Positions 34,461 through 46,712 are shown, counted from the whole stretch's first letter. The stretch: 58,628 nt of DNA, filler included, from Squatina squatina (GCA_031763465.1; 3 parts of 3 records of this genome joined end to end with filler, not necessarily neighbours in it), one strand, 5' to 3'. Translations and numbers: made by a program. The notes: generated from the sequence alone by a model not told the origin.

Positions 34461-34781
34461 CTGAGTACTTTTGCCACATCCCAGTTTGCCAGAAACCAGC
34501 ACCACAGTATTGTTGACAAGGCTTTCCATGAAGTGGTACTTGACCCTCCAGACCGGCAGAGCTTTCCTCAGTTTTAATAGCTCGTAGTACCGCGAGGAAA
34601 AAGGCAGCCCGTCGAAAGGATTGACTTCCAGATCGCCGCCGTCGCAGATCAAGCCCTCGTCCTCGTCCTCGTCCTCATCTAGTTCAGGGTTAAAGCCGTT
34701 CAGTTTTAAGGAGGAGACCGAGATGGAGTCGACAGCCGGCCCACTGGCCTCAGCCTCGCTGTCCATCTTGCCACTGTCCAT
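34461..34781 (-). CDS. DQX1: DQX1/DHX32-family helicase, first coding exon (acceptor at 34830)
   Basis: Encodes M...[28 protein letters not shown]...[15 protein letters not shown]|gtcagt, including the Walker A GKST motif. Confidence 0.78.
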
Positions 34782-34877
34782 TTTGCTGAGTCACCTTTAC
34801 AATCCAAGTGCTGCCTTCAAAGCTACATGCTGCAAAGAAACAAGGGCTGTCAGAAATTAAAGGCAGTCAGCAGAAGT

Positions 34878-35105
34878 GGCACAGCAAAATCCCACAAACA
34901 CAATGAGATAAATCACCAGATGATCTGTTCAAGTGATGCTGGTTGAGGGATAAATATTGTCCAGCACACCAGGGAACACACTCCTTTTCTTCTTGGGATC
35001 GTTTACGATCCCTCCAAGCTGGTGCCTTGGTTTACCATCTCATAATAGTGGCACTAACTGGTGCTCATAACGGCACTACTGAGCTGTGCCATGTAGTTAG
35101 AGCTC
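34878..35105 (-). mobile_element. Deu-domain SINE fragment
   Basis: GTTGAGGGATAAATATTG and GCACAGCAAAATCCCACAAACA are the reverse complement of the Deu core. Confidence 0.65.
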
Positions 35106-37367
35106 AGACCNNNNNNNNNNNNNNNNNNNNNNNNNNNNNNNNNNNNNNNNNNNNNNNNNNNNNNNNNNNNNNNNNNNNNNNNNNNNNNNNNNNNNNNNNN
35201 NNNNNNNNNNGGACTGTCCTTAAAAAACTTTTTGAGAGCTTTTTGTTTTGCTCAAGCACACAAGACATGCTTTCCTGGATTCGTACTGTGGATGCCAAAT
35301 TTGGAGTTGGTGAGTTCTGATGAACTGAGTGTGTGTCCGTCTGTCAGTGAGTGTGTTTTAAAATGTAGCCTCGGGAAAGTGTCATCAGTAGCATTCGGTG
35401 ATAGTTGTAACACACAGAGGAGTCGAGCAACAGTTATTTCCTGGCCAGCTGAGTAGACACAAAAAAAAACGGATAACGAGAACAGGATGTGGTTCAAAAC
35501 AAGTAATGCAATTGCAAAAGGAAAATAATATCCCGGGTGTGAGGATTACAAACCGTCCAGCAATGTACAATGGTCCCTCCAGCAGTGCAGTGAAAGCAAA
35601 GTAGTCCGTTCAACCCAGTGCCGGCTCCAAGAAGGAAGACGTTCGCCAATTCGCCCTCCAGCAGAATTAGTCACCGGAGTAGTTGTAACTGAGAATTGTA
35701 GCCTCTAAGCGTGACAGTCATTCATGCTGTAACACTCTCTTTAATAACTGTAACATGCATTTAGGAAGCACCTCAGAAACACATGGAGGGAAACACAGAT
35801 GCCGTATTGGGCAGGGTGGTCCTTGCTGCAGGAAGGTTACCAGTGTTCTGCCAAGGTGTGACAAGCAGTTTAGTTGGTTAAACTCTAGTGTGCGTTTTGG
35901 AATCTCTGAGCCTGAACACTTGGTGTAAGTAAGTGGGCTGTGCCTCTACACAGAGAGCCGCTGCACTCTAAGTCTGACAAACAGAAACTCTCAGCTAAAG
36001 TTTTCAGAGACTCTTAACATGTTGCCTGGTGTCAGACACCTGACTCGCCAGGAGGCGGGGGGGAAAAAATCCTTCATTCCTCTTCTGTACCAGAGGAGCA
36101 AGCACGAGGTTAAAGTGGGACTTGGGCCTAGAAAAATGTTACTTGAAATAAAGAACTGACCAGAGAGAGAGAGAGAGAAAGGATGGGAAGAGGTCACTTT
36201 ACAAAGTTCAGTACAACTTATCAGTAGCTTTTGGCAAGTGTCTTGAAAGTTTGCGAGAATTTTATGTTCTTGCTGCAATGATTAGCTGCAGATTGTATTG
36301 TGCGAGTCTGAGCGTTCTGTTTGACGAGAAGGANNNNNNNNNNNNNNNNNNNNNNNNNNNNNNNNNNNNNNNNNNNNNNNNNNNNNNNNNNNNNNNNNNN
36401 NNNNNNNNNNNNNNNNNNNNNNNNNNNNNNNNNGTTTTCTTCCTGTTACACCCCATTAACGCCCCGTGGAGGCGCTAACGGGGCACAAAAGGAGATCAAT
36501 TTCCAGCCCCTTTTGACATCCAAACCTACCATCCCAGTCTGTGTGGCAGAGCTCCACAATGAACAGCACATCTTCCCCGCTGAGCTGGCGACGAGCTCTT
36601 TAAAAAAAACACAATTAGTTAGTGCTGTGCAATGATGAGATGGAAGGTCAACGCAGTTTATTTCCAATATTTCCATTGGTACATGGAAAGCTTACAAATT
36701 GCACCTGTTCAAGCTGAATGGAATTATTCCATAACACACTGGAACTGGTGTGAAATTAAACTTGAAGAGTTTGGTTAAATTAGAAGCAAGCGAATATATA
36801 TTTTTTTTCATTTAAGAAATTCTGATTAAGTGACTCCGACACACACACACACAGGAGAGAAAAAAAAATTGGGGAATATTTATTAGAACAATCTTCTGGA
36901 AAATACAATCAAAAAAAAAATCATGGCAGAATACAATTTGAAACTGTAATTACTAAGAGTTTAGGCCTAATACACTTCAGAATATTTCCCATTTGTCACT
37001 GTCAATTTTANNNNNNNNNNNNNNNNNNNNNNNNNNNNNNNNNNNNNNNNNNNNNNNNNNNNNNNNNNNNNNNNNNNNNNNNNNNNNNNNNNNNNNNNNN
37101 NNNNNNNNNNGAGCATATTGTTCGCTCAATATAGAACCTGTCCGATTTTCATTTCCATTGATTTTAACTTGTATTTATCTAGCACCTTTTGCATGGAAAG
37201 TGTCCATTGAGTTTCATAGAGAAGGATAAAAATGGACACTGAATCTTTGAGAAAGACAGTTGGGAAGGTAACTGAAATCAGGGAAGAGAGGTAGCGAGAC
37301 AGAACCATTTAAGCAGGGAGTTACAGAAAGTAAGATGAAGACAGCGGAACAATCTGCCACCATTACA

Positions 37368-37445
37368 AAGCAAAATACTGCGGATGTTGGGAAACTGAAA
37401 TAAAAATAGAAAATGCTGGGAATACTCAGCAGGTCAGGCAGCTCT
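37368..37445. repeat. Penelope-like element terminal fragment
   Basis: GCAAAATACTGCGGATG.TGG.AA.CTGAAATAAAAA.AGAAAATGCTGG.AATACTCAGCAGGTCAGGCAGC; a decayed second copy lies at about 37810-37880. Confidence 0.45.
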
Positions 37446-38197
37446 GCCACCATTGGTGGGGTGGGAGGATGCCCGGAAGGCAAAAGGGCAGTTTACATAT
37501 GTGGCTTGGCAAATTCATTTGAATTAATTTAGATTCATGCACTGATGGCTTTAATGCGCTATCTAATCTCCCTTCTCCATTATATCTGCAACCCACCACT
37601 GTTCATTTTATATTCCCACTGCTTATTCCCATCCCCTAGTCTAATCATGTTGCTCTTATTCACATTAGACTGATCAGCCCTGCGCCATCCAGATTGCTCT
37701 ATTCTTTAACCGCCTTTTGATTATCCGGCTACAGTTGCATAAAAGTGCCGAGACAGAGAAAATCTGCATGCTGTGCAGAGAGCGATCTCAATGCTAGATA
37801 GAAGAGAAGACAAAACTCTGAACGCTGGGAATCTGAAGTAAAGAAAATGCCAGAAATGCATGGCCCTCAGTCAGCATCTTGGACAGCTCCTTCAAAGAGC
37901 TGGCACAGGCACGATGGATTGAAAGGCCTCCTTTGGTGCCATATGACTCAATTTGATTCTAAGATGATGGTTAATCCTAGATGTTTGCTCAGACTGCCGA
38001 CTATTTTCTGGTGGTGAGGTCCCCAGACTGTACTCGGGAATTTGCTCTCTCAGAATTCTGCAATGGTTCAGTGTACAAATGCACCATTGTGTGGGATCAT
38101 GAGCCATACAGACTGATTCAATCCCCAATCTGCACTAAACTAAGTGATCACATGGGTGGCAGTGATAGCTTAACAACCAGCCTCATTGTGGCTGGCC

Positions 38198-38455
38198 CAG
38201 AGTTGCCAACCTTACAGGATTGTCCTGGACTCACCAGGAATTAAGAATTAATCTCCTGCACACTGTTGTGTGCAGCCCAGGAGAAAAATCATAGGAGCAT
38301 TAAAAAGCAATGTGTGTGTTTTTTTTTCATTTTCATTAAACACATTCATTCATTTGTTATTCAAATTTTGAAAAAGTACTGCTTGACTGGGTTGGAAACA
38401 AGAGGTCATGTGATGGAACCTCCAGGAATACAGTCACCCAGAGTTGGTAACCTTG
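38198..38455. mobile_element. MITE with imperfect 13-bp TIRs
   Basis: CAGAGTTGCCAAC ... GTTGGTAACCTTG; the interior is shared with 11944-12185. Confidence 0.75.
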
Positions 38456-38861
38456 GTCCCAAGTGAAATGAGTTTAGATTGTCTCAATCCAGTTCCATGT
38501 GCCCATAGGTTAACTGAACATTTATTGAGGCTACAGGGTTGCTGCTGTGGGAAATGTCACATTGTTGAAGGAAAGCAACGTGGTTACGGCTATCTCCTTC
38601 TTCTATTTCTGTGATGTACCAGTCTAACAGAAGATCCTTCGCATTCAGCTGTTGACAGATCCATTGTCTCGAGAAATACCACCAACGCTGCCTTCGCAAA
38701 ANNNNNNNNNNNNNNNNNNNNNNNNNNNNNNNNNNNNNNNNNNNNNNNNNNNNNNNNNNNNNNNNNNNNNNNNNNNNNNNNNNNNNNNNNNNNNNNNNNN
38801 NCGCTCTTCCCCAAGGGACCTCGCACAACAAGATTGCTAATCAGTCCTTTCTCATTGTAGA

Positions 38862-39280
38862 GCCTGGGGATGTTCTCCTTAGAGCAGAAAAGGTTAAGCG
38901 GGGATCTGATAGAGGTGTTTAAAATCTTGAAGGGTTTTGATAGACTAACGGAGAAACTGTTTCCAGTGGCAGAGGGGTTGGTAGCCAGAGGACACAGATT
39001 TAAGGTGATTGAACCAGAGAAAAAGAATCAGAGGCAACATGCAGAAACACTTTTTATGCAACGAGTTGTTATGATCTGGACTGCGCTTCCTGAAAGCGTG
39101 GTGGAAGCAGATTCAATAATAAATTACAAAATTCAATTCGATAAAAACTTGAAAGGGTAAATTTGCAGGATTATGGGGAACGAGCAAGATAGTCGGGTGA
39201 ATGGGATAAGCTCTTTCAAAGAGCCGGCACAGGCACGAAGGGCCGCATGTCAGCCTTGTGTTGTACGATTCTATCGTTCT
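38862..39280 (+). mobile_element. CR1 LINE 3' end
   Basis: Encodes LGMFSLEQKRLSGDLIEVFKILKGFDR...RGHRFKVI...FMQRVVMIWTALPESVVEADS. Confidence 0.88.
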
Positions 39281-39974
39281 GAGTTACCCAACCATCCCAA
39301 CTATCCTGAGTGCTTCTAAACCCATCACTTACTTCAAGTGCTTCCTGTCCTCCCCATCTGTGTTCGGGCTTCCTGCCCCATTGCTCATTTTTCCCAAGTG
39401 CTTGCCAGCTTGCGCGCCGTCCTGTGCAAGGTTGCTTTTTGCCTCCCAACCTCCCTGCATACCTGACCTCAAAGCTTTGTTCCATTGGTGTATGTGAGGC
39501 CTCACCCAGGCCTGGTGTTTCCCAAAATCGATCTGCCGCACCTCTCATAAATGTTTGCAGTTTCCTAGTTATTTATCCAATTCCTTCTTTCCTTTTACCC
39601 TGAATTCCAATGGATATTCTTTAATTAGGAATCATTTCCTTTGAACCTTCCATTACTGTACCTGCTGCACTGTACACCTCCTCTCTGGTTATGTTCAACA
39701 ATGTCTTATAGATGCCCTGTGATGCTTGAAGATTAAGGGGTTGAATCTCCCTGGCTACTAATGTTAGGAAGTAAGAGGGGCGATGATTAACACTGGGCCA
39801 GGACACAGTTACATCACTCGAGGATTACCTGGGCCTTCCCCAAAGGGGTGGATCTCGGCCTGGCTCTCTGTCTGCAAACAGTCCCATAGAAGTATGAAGG
39901 GAAATCTCACAGTTAAACAATTTTAATTTTGCGGTAATAGTCAACTAAAGATTTCTTCTTTTGTTTATTCACAG

Positions 39975-40057
39975 CCTGAAGTCACATTTTGGGGGTGAAA
40001 CTCAGCAAGAGCTGTTGATGCAGAGTTGGCACCCAGATGTGAAGGCCTTATTTAAAC
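39975..40057 (+). CDS. Unidentified internal exon
   Basis: Strong acceptor (ttcttcttttgtttattcacAG) and donor (AC|GTgagt). The open frame reads LKSHFGGETQQELLMQSWHPDVKALFK. Confidence 0.45.
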
Positions 40058-40479
40058 GTGAGTGTTGCAGTAACCTTCTGACGTGCCAGTAGCAATGTGA
40101 ATTATAAAGAAGTAATTAAAGGTCAAAGATATAAGTGAAAGAGTTCTTGAAAACCAACCTTGCACTTTATTTAACTTTACTGCTTCTTCAAGGAAGGGCA
40201 TTTTGCTGGAGATATCTTCCACATTCACTCATGGGGGCTGTTCTTGCAGTGGACCTGCTGCTTTTGTAGCATCTCACCAGGTATCTTCAGAGAAAGCGAG
40301 GGTGGCGCCAGCTACAGCAGCAAAGGGTCCTAGAGAGGAAGGCTCAAGGGGCAGAGGACCTGAGGCTGAACCAGATGTGCAGCCCATTGGAGATGCAGAT
40401 GCTGAGGCCCCTGCAGCTAGGCAGAGGCAGAAGGAAGGCAGAGAGGGAGGGGCAGGCAGGCACAGCCATAACCAGCCCC

Positions 40480-41182
40480 ACTTGCCCAACAGGATGACCA
40501 TTCTGCCAGAGGAAGAAGACTTTGCAGGGTTGGGGAGAGGAGGCCTTACCCTCGTAGGATATATCGCCAGCAGTTCTCATACATGCATTTCAATGAGCAG
40601 CAATGTGTACAGCGGCTTCGTTTTACAAGGGAATTCATCACTGAGTTCTACCATGTCCTGGCCCCAGTTAAGACGAAGGACAACTCTCTCAGTGGCTGTC
40701 CAAGGTGACCAGCGCCTTAAATTTTTATGCAAATGGCTCTTTCCAGGCAGCTACTGGAGACATAGCTAACATTTCTCACTTTCCCATTCATTGGCTATAC
40801 TGGCAGTGCCCACAATGTCTTCATCTTGTTCCAGAGCAGGGTGCCGTGCCAGCACTCTTCCAGCCACCAAATTAGCCTCGGGGCTGGCTGCTCGGGGACA
40901 AGGGCTATCCGCTACAGACCTGGCTAATGACTGCCCTCTGAAATCCCAACACTGCATCCCAGCAGGCATACAATGACAGCCATGCCACCAGCAGGAGCAT
41001 CATAGAGCAGACAATAGGACTGCTGAGGCAGTGGTTCCGTTGTGTGGACCCTCGGGAGGAGTCCTTCATTACTCGCCTGAATGGGTCTCCTTATTTGTGG
41101 TCGTCTGCTGTATGCTACACACCCTGGCCATCATGGGGGATCAGCCCTTGCCAGCAGAAGCTGCCGCAGGAGCTGAGGAGCA
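40480..41182 (+). mobile_element. PIF/Harbinger transposase, internally deleted
   Basis: RRPYPRRIYRQQFSY..FNEQQCVQRLRFT, then the DDE motifs GWLLGDKGYPLQTWLMT, YNDSHATSRSIIEQTIGLL and VVCCMLHTLAI. Confidence 0.88.
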
Positions 41183-41469
41183 NNNNNNNNNNNNNNNNNN
41201 NNNNNNNNNNNNNNNNNNNNNNNNNNNNNNNNNNNNNNNNNNNNNNNNNNNNNNNNNNNNNNNNNNNNNNNNNNNNNNNNNNATTTCTGTTCTTGTGACT
41301 CTTAATCCTTAAATGATATCTACTTGCAAGAACCCAGCAAGTGTAAGTCATAGTCTTCAACCAGCTCAAAACTGCCCTCGTAAATAGAATCCAGACGTTT
41401 ACAAAACTGTTCAAACTGAAGAATACAGAGATAAATCACAGAGGTACTCTTCTGAAGTACAGGCTCCCG

Positions 41470-41915
41470 AGAACTGTAGAACTGTAGAATTTTACAGCAC
41501 AGAAGGAGGCCGTTTGGGTTGTCATGCCTGACTGGCTCTTTGAAAGAACTGTCCAATTTAGCTCCACAGTCTACCTTTTTTCCTTCAACCCTGCAAATTA
41601 GTTCTCTTCAAGTATATATCCAAATGATCTTTGAAAGTTCCTATGTAATCTGATCGTACTACCCTTTCAGGTAGTTTGTTCCAGATCATAATAACCCTCT
41701 GTGAAGAAACTTCTCCTCATTTTCTAGTTCTTTTGCCAATTATTTTAAATTTGGTTACCGCCCCACTTGCCAGAGTAAACCATTTCTCCCTGCTTGTTCT
41801 ATCAAAACCTCTCATCAATTCAAATACCTCTTCTAGGCCTCCCTTTAGCCTTCTCTGCTCGAAGGAGAATAATCCCAGCTTCTCTAGTCTCTCCATATGA
41901 CTGTAGTCCCTCAAG
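41470..41915 (-). mobile_element. CR1 LINE 3' end
   Basis: Encodes ERLEKLGLFSFEQRRLKGGLEEVFELMRGFDR. Confidence 0.85.
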
Positions 41916-42439
41916 ATTCAAACTATAACCGTTCGAAATATTACAGTTGAGTGTTTTGCTTTGTGAGAGCAATATTGATATTCTTACACAGAAACACTCA
42001 GCAGGACCTCACAGAATAAGCTTTTCAGTTTTATTTGAAGCACCAAATTCTTATATTCCAGCCAAGGGAATGACAGCAATGGGATTCAGAAATGCATTGT
42101 CCAATTTGTAACTTGCATCAGTTTAATTAGGATTCAGTACTTACATAACATAATCTAAAATGATTCATTTGTAAACCATAACCTACAGTGCTTTGGGTTG
42201 CTATTAGACATACAGTCTTAATAGAGCTTAAGACTGTAATGCCCTGATCTAATTAATTTTAGAGACACTAGTGTGTTAAGTAATCTGCCATTATTTGACA
42301 ATTTGCCAAACATCACAAATGACTCTCCATTGGGCTTCAAGCATTTTTCTAGTTTTATATCTATTTTTCATAAGATTACAGGATAATGACTGCTGTAGAA
42401 GGCCATTCTTCTTAATCTGCTGCATTTCTTGTGGTCCTA

Positions 42440-42653
42440 CTTACCACCCTCCGTAAACTTAAGTTCATCCAAAACTCTGCTGCCCCTATTCGAACTGGCA
42501 CCAAGTCCCGTTCACCCATCACCCATGTGCTCGCTGATCTAAATTGGCTCCCGGTCTGGCAATGCCTCGAGACTAAGATTCTCATCCTTGTGTTCAAATC
42601 CCTCGCTAGCTCTATAACCTCTTCCAGCCCTACAACCCTCTGAGATCTCTGCG
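42440..42653 (+). mobile_element. L2 LINE ORF2 C-terminal fragment
   Basis: Encodes LRKLKFIQNSAA....TKSRSPITHVLADLNWLPV. Confidence 0.8.
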
Positions 42654-45319
42654 NNNNNNNNNNNNNNNNNNNNNNNNNNNNNNNNNNNNNNNNNNNNNNN
42701 NNNNNNNNNNNNNNNNNNNNNNNNNNNNNNNNNNNNNNNNNNNNNNNNNNNNNTGGAGGTGACGGATTTGGGAAGAAGAAGCCTTGTCATCATATTTGGG
42801 ATCACACGTGAAGAATGGGCATTTGAAGGTACCAGAAGTGTGGCAGCTTCCATGGAACTGTATCCCACCAAGAATCGGTGCCTTTGGATTGGAGGGGAGG
42901 AATTGCGTGGGAGTTGGTGGGCGAAGGGGAGAGAGATAAAGCTTGTGTGATACTCAGTGGCTGGGAAGAGATGATGTGAAGACAGTGCGAGCAACCCAGC
43001 CAAAGGAAGACCAGCAATGGTGGTCTAATCCATTACACCATCCCTAGTGAGGAGGGTACAGGCATTGTCAATCAGCCGCAAGCAAAGTCAAACAGGATGA
43101 GCTAGAGGACCAATAAATCAATATTAAAAAGTAAGTACTTCATGCGGTGACGTTCTGTCTGCTGGAGAGAAGAAACATCACAAACAAAATTATTTTGATA
43201 GAATGCGCCATGTCCCATCCCTCACAGACAAAATAAGTGCAGCTCCTTTAGATTGTCACCCGGTTAGATATTGAGAGAGCAACACTGGTAATCCCCTCTT
43301 TTCAGGGCTCAATGCCTCTGACAAGCTGTAACACAAACAGCACAATTTCCACTGTGTTTAAATTGGATTTGACTCCCTCTAGGTTCTTTCGATTAGCATG
43401 TTAAGGAAAGATAAATAGCTGTAGTATGATTAATGAACGTGTTACTCAACCACTGGTCTGCAATGTAAATAGGCTGATGGATGGCTTTCCAGCCATGATC
43501 CTGGGGCAATACTTTTGCAATAATCTGACGAGTATACAGGGTACATTACGGGCATTCTGTACAGAGCTCCAGCTTCCAGAAAGATTTTAACCCTTTGTGT
43601 GCTCAGGTTGACTGAAAACGAGTCTTGCATGGCTCGCTATCTGGCAGCTCCGAAGCTCTGAATAAACGAGGTGGGGAGTGGGGGGTAGCGGCTACTAAGT
43701 CTTTCACTTCCAACCNNNNNNNNNNNNNNNNNNNNNNNNNNNNNNNNNNNNNNNNNNNNNNNNNNNNNNNNNNNNNNNNNNNNNNNNNNNNNNNNNNNNN
43801 NNNNNNNNNNNNNNNAGTGCACTGATCCCTTGGTTCCCAAATTGAGGGAGGACAGTATTGAATCAATAAAAAGGAAACCGATGACTGACTCCAAGATGCC
43901 TCACATTAAGTTGCTGGGTTGTGCAGCCGAATGCCATCCCTGTGGTGAGTTGCCTTCCAATTTCTCCTCGCTTCCCGTGCCACACGAGGAAACACCTTGC
44001 CCCCAGTTGGGTGCCTGTTCCCTTAATGGCCGAACTAGGGAATTCACCACAAGAGGGAATCATGGGCACCACCCACGTGGATTAGGGCCTTGCATATTCG
44101 GGTTCGTTCCATAAAGCTGGGGCCGCAACGATCAGGGTTCACATAGCTGCCCCAATAGATTGAAATTCCCCGGTGAGCTACTTTTAGCATGACGGTCAGT
44201 GCATCAGTTAAAACTGCCCATTTGACGTGAGTAGGTTTGCCAATGGGCTAGATAGAAATATTAATGCACAGAGTAATTTCAACTCCACAGCGATAGGTTG
44301 ACTAAACACTCTCTCTTGACTTACTCCATCCTAGGCTCTTCAATCTTGGTAGTGACCTGCACTACAGGGCTCTTCAATTCAGTTTCCCAATTCAATAAAA
44401 AAGAGACACTGGGGTAAATTTTATGATTCTTTGCACAAGAGAAAAATGTGCAGGCTATAATTTGGATCCAGTAACCTCAACAGTTAAATTCCCAATCCTG
44501 TTGATGAAAGTCTTTTTTTTTTTAAATTACCCCTCCCCCACAGAGAAGGAGCCCGCAGATCTAACTAGAACTTGTACAACTTCTAATCATTGTTCCTTAT
44601 GGATCTAAATGATCTTTATTTTGATCCAAAAGTACACTTGATAATTTCTCTCTCGTTTTTCCCTCTCCCTCTCTCTGACTCTAGATTTAGATATATTTAG
44701 TAGCAATTTTAAACAATTCGATTTAATTTTTGAAATATAGCATTCTTAAATTACACCCTGTAAATACGTAGAATACTTTTTTTTTGCATTTGTGTTTCTC
44801 CATTGTGGCAATATTTCTAAAAATACAAAAGCTGGTGTTCAGGAAACAGTCACCTCATGGAAACAACTGGCTTCTGTAGTCGTACGAGAAGTCCTCAAAC
44901 AGGAAGTGGTCAGAAGGGAAACAGGAAGTTGCCATCTATGTTGACTTTCCCCCCGCGAATTCAGTCTGCAAATGGTTAAGTTCCAGAGTTCATAAGAACC
45001 AAAAGCATTTCCTTTTAGATTTTTTTGCCATTAAGTTTTGGTGTTGTCGGCTCTTTTTCAAATTGTTCTTTTCTCTCTCCAGTCACTCGGGATGCCCATT
45101 TTTGTTGCACTGACTGCTCCAGGCATGTATTCAGACCTAGTATCAATGTGAAAAGTTGACAAGGGGTGCAGCCAGGATTTGGAGCTTTCGGGCCTGTCGG
45201 AAAAATAAGAAGAAATTGGTCACACCCGTCCATTCTTGAGTCACTGAGACAGGGTGTGATGGAGCAGAGTTAACAGCAGTGCAGAAATAACCATTAACCT
45301 GGGATAATTCGCATTAACT

Positions 45320-45500
45320 TGTACATTTGTCGTGTGTGCGACAGCCTCTGCCTCTACTACATTAATGTGTATCTGCATGTGTCTGTGTCTCTGTCTGTCT
45401 ATTTATCTGCAGTGTGTGTGTCTCTCTGTTCGCATGTGTGTGGCTTTATCTGTCTACACATGTGTGTCTGTTTGTGTGTGCATGTCTCTATCTGTCTATA
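45320..45500. repeat. Degenerate (TG/TC)n microsatellite
   Basis: Low-complexity run of TGTGTCTG-type units. Confidence 0.8.
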
Positions 45501-45610
45501 TTTTATTAATATATTTGTTCCTGGGATTTGGGCGTCGCTGGTAAGGCCAGCATTTATTGCCCATTGNNNNNNNNNNNNNNNNNNNNNNNNNNNNNNNNNN
45601 NNNNNNNNNN

Positions 45611-45622
45611 TTAATTAATTAA
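45611..45622. other. Artificial scaffold-joining linker
   Basis: TTAATTAATTAA inside an N run. Confidence 0.95.
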
Positions 45623-46385
45623 NNNNNNNNNNNNNNNNNNNNNNNNNNNNNNNNNNNNNNNNNNNNAAGAAGGCATGTCACAGCATCTGGAATCTCTCCT
45701 ACTAACATATGCAAGCACCAATATCATTACACACATCCTAGAGGATGCAGGTGATGAGCTCTTGAGAAGGCGAGTCATTGTGTATAGGTGAAAAGGAGCA
45801 AGTGATAGTGGTATCTGTTAGCTCGAATGGCCCATGGCTTGCAGCAATAACCATCTCTACTTTGGGAAATGCAGCAGGTCAGTGACATTGGGCAGACATG
45901 TTACAATTCTGTTGCTATTCAGTGGAGAAGAAGGAGAAGGAGAAGAACATGTTGATATTGCACATGATCCTTATACTAGTCTGGAAAGTGACAGAAATGT
46001 TGAAAGCAATGGAGAGCTTGCCTGCCATTGGTAATGCTGTCCCTACGTTGAAAGTAGGTTGCAGGGTCATTTCAGCTGATGGCAAAAATGTGCCGATGGC
46101 TCTGCGCTGATTCGGAGCCTGTGGGGCCAGGTGTCCTTGGTCATTGAAGTCAATGGAAAAGAAAAATCGGGCATGGTGTAAACTGGGCTGCCGATTCGCT
46201 ATGAGCCCATTTCAAGCTACTGGTGCAGACCAATTTCATCCTCAGGATATTAAATCATCATCATAAATTAGAACATACAAATAGACACAACTCCTAAAAC
46301 AGACCAATAATACCATGTATCACAACTGCAATTACTTACGAACCTTTCATTGGTGTTTCACACTTAACTTATTTTTTTGACTGAC

Positions 46386-46541
46386 CTTGTGTACAAATTG
46401 TTCTACTCTTGTCTGAAGTCCCCAGACTTCGAATTTAACAGTCACCAGTTTATTGGAGCACATAACTGGCTTCTGAGTTTCCCTCCAGCCTTCTTTCAGC
46501 ATGCCTCGCTGCGTCTTCTCTGACTTAAAATACCTGAGGTC
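46386..46541 (-). CDS. PITPNC1: Cytoplasmic phosphatidylinositol transfer protein 1, internal exon
   Basis: Bounded by tttcAG and GTcagt; 156 nt. Encodes DLRYFKSEKTQRGMLKEGWRETQKPVMCSNKLVTVKFEVWGLQTRVEQFVHK. Confidence 0.92.
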
Positions 46542-46712
46542 CTGAAACACAGTGACATGTCATAGTAAGTCAAGTGAATTTGATTTTTTATGTTTTTCAG
46601 CACAANNNNNNNNNNNNNNNNNNNNNNNNNNNNNNNNNNNNNNNNNNNNNNNNNNNNNNNNNNNNNNNNNNNNNNNNNNNNNNNNNNNNNNNNNNNNNNN
46701 NNNNNTACTTAC

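Noticed and set aside
37368-37445. Hammerhead ribozyme in the Penelope-like terminus
   Set aside because: I found no CTGATGA...GAAA core in this fragment.
40203-40769. 188-aa ORF
   Set aside because: It is an off-frame reading over the decayed Harbinger element.
42754-43695. Minus-strand short ORFs (MPVMYPVYSSDYCK..., LLVFLWLGCSHC...) and an acceptor at 43162
   Set aside because: I could not assign a consistent spliced frame or a recognisable family, so it is left unresolved.
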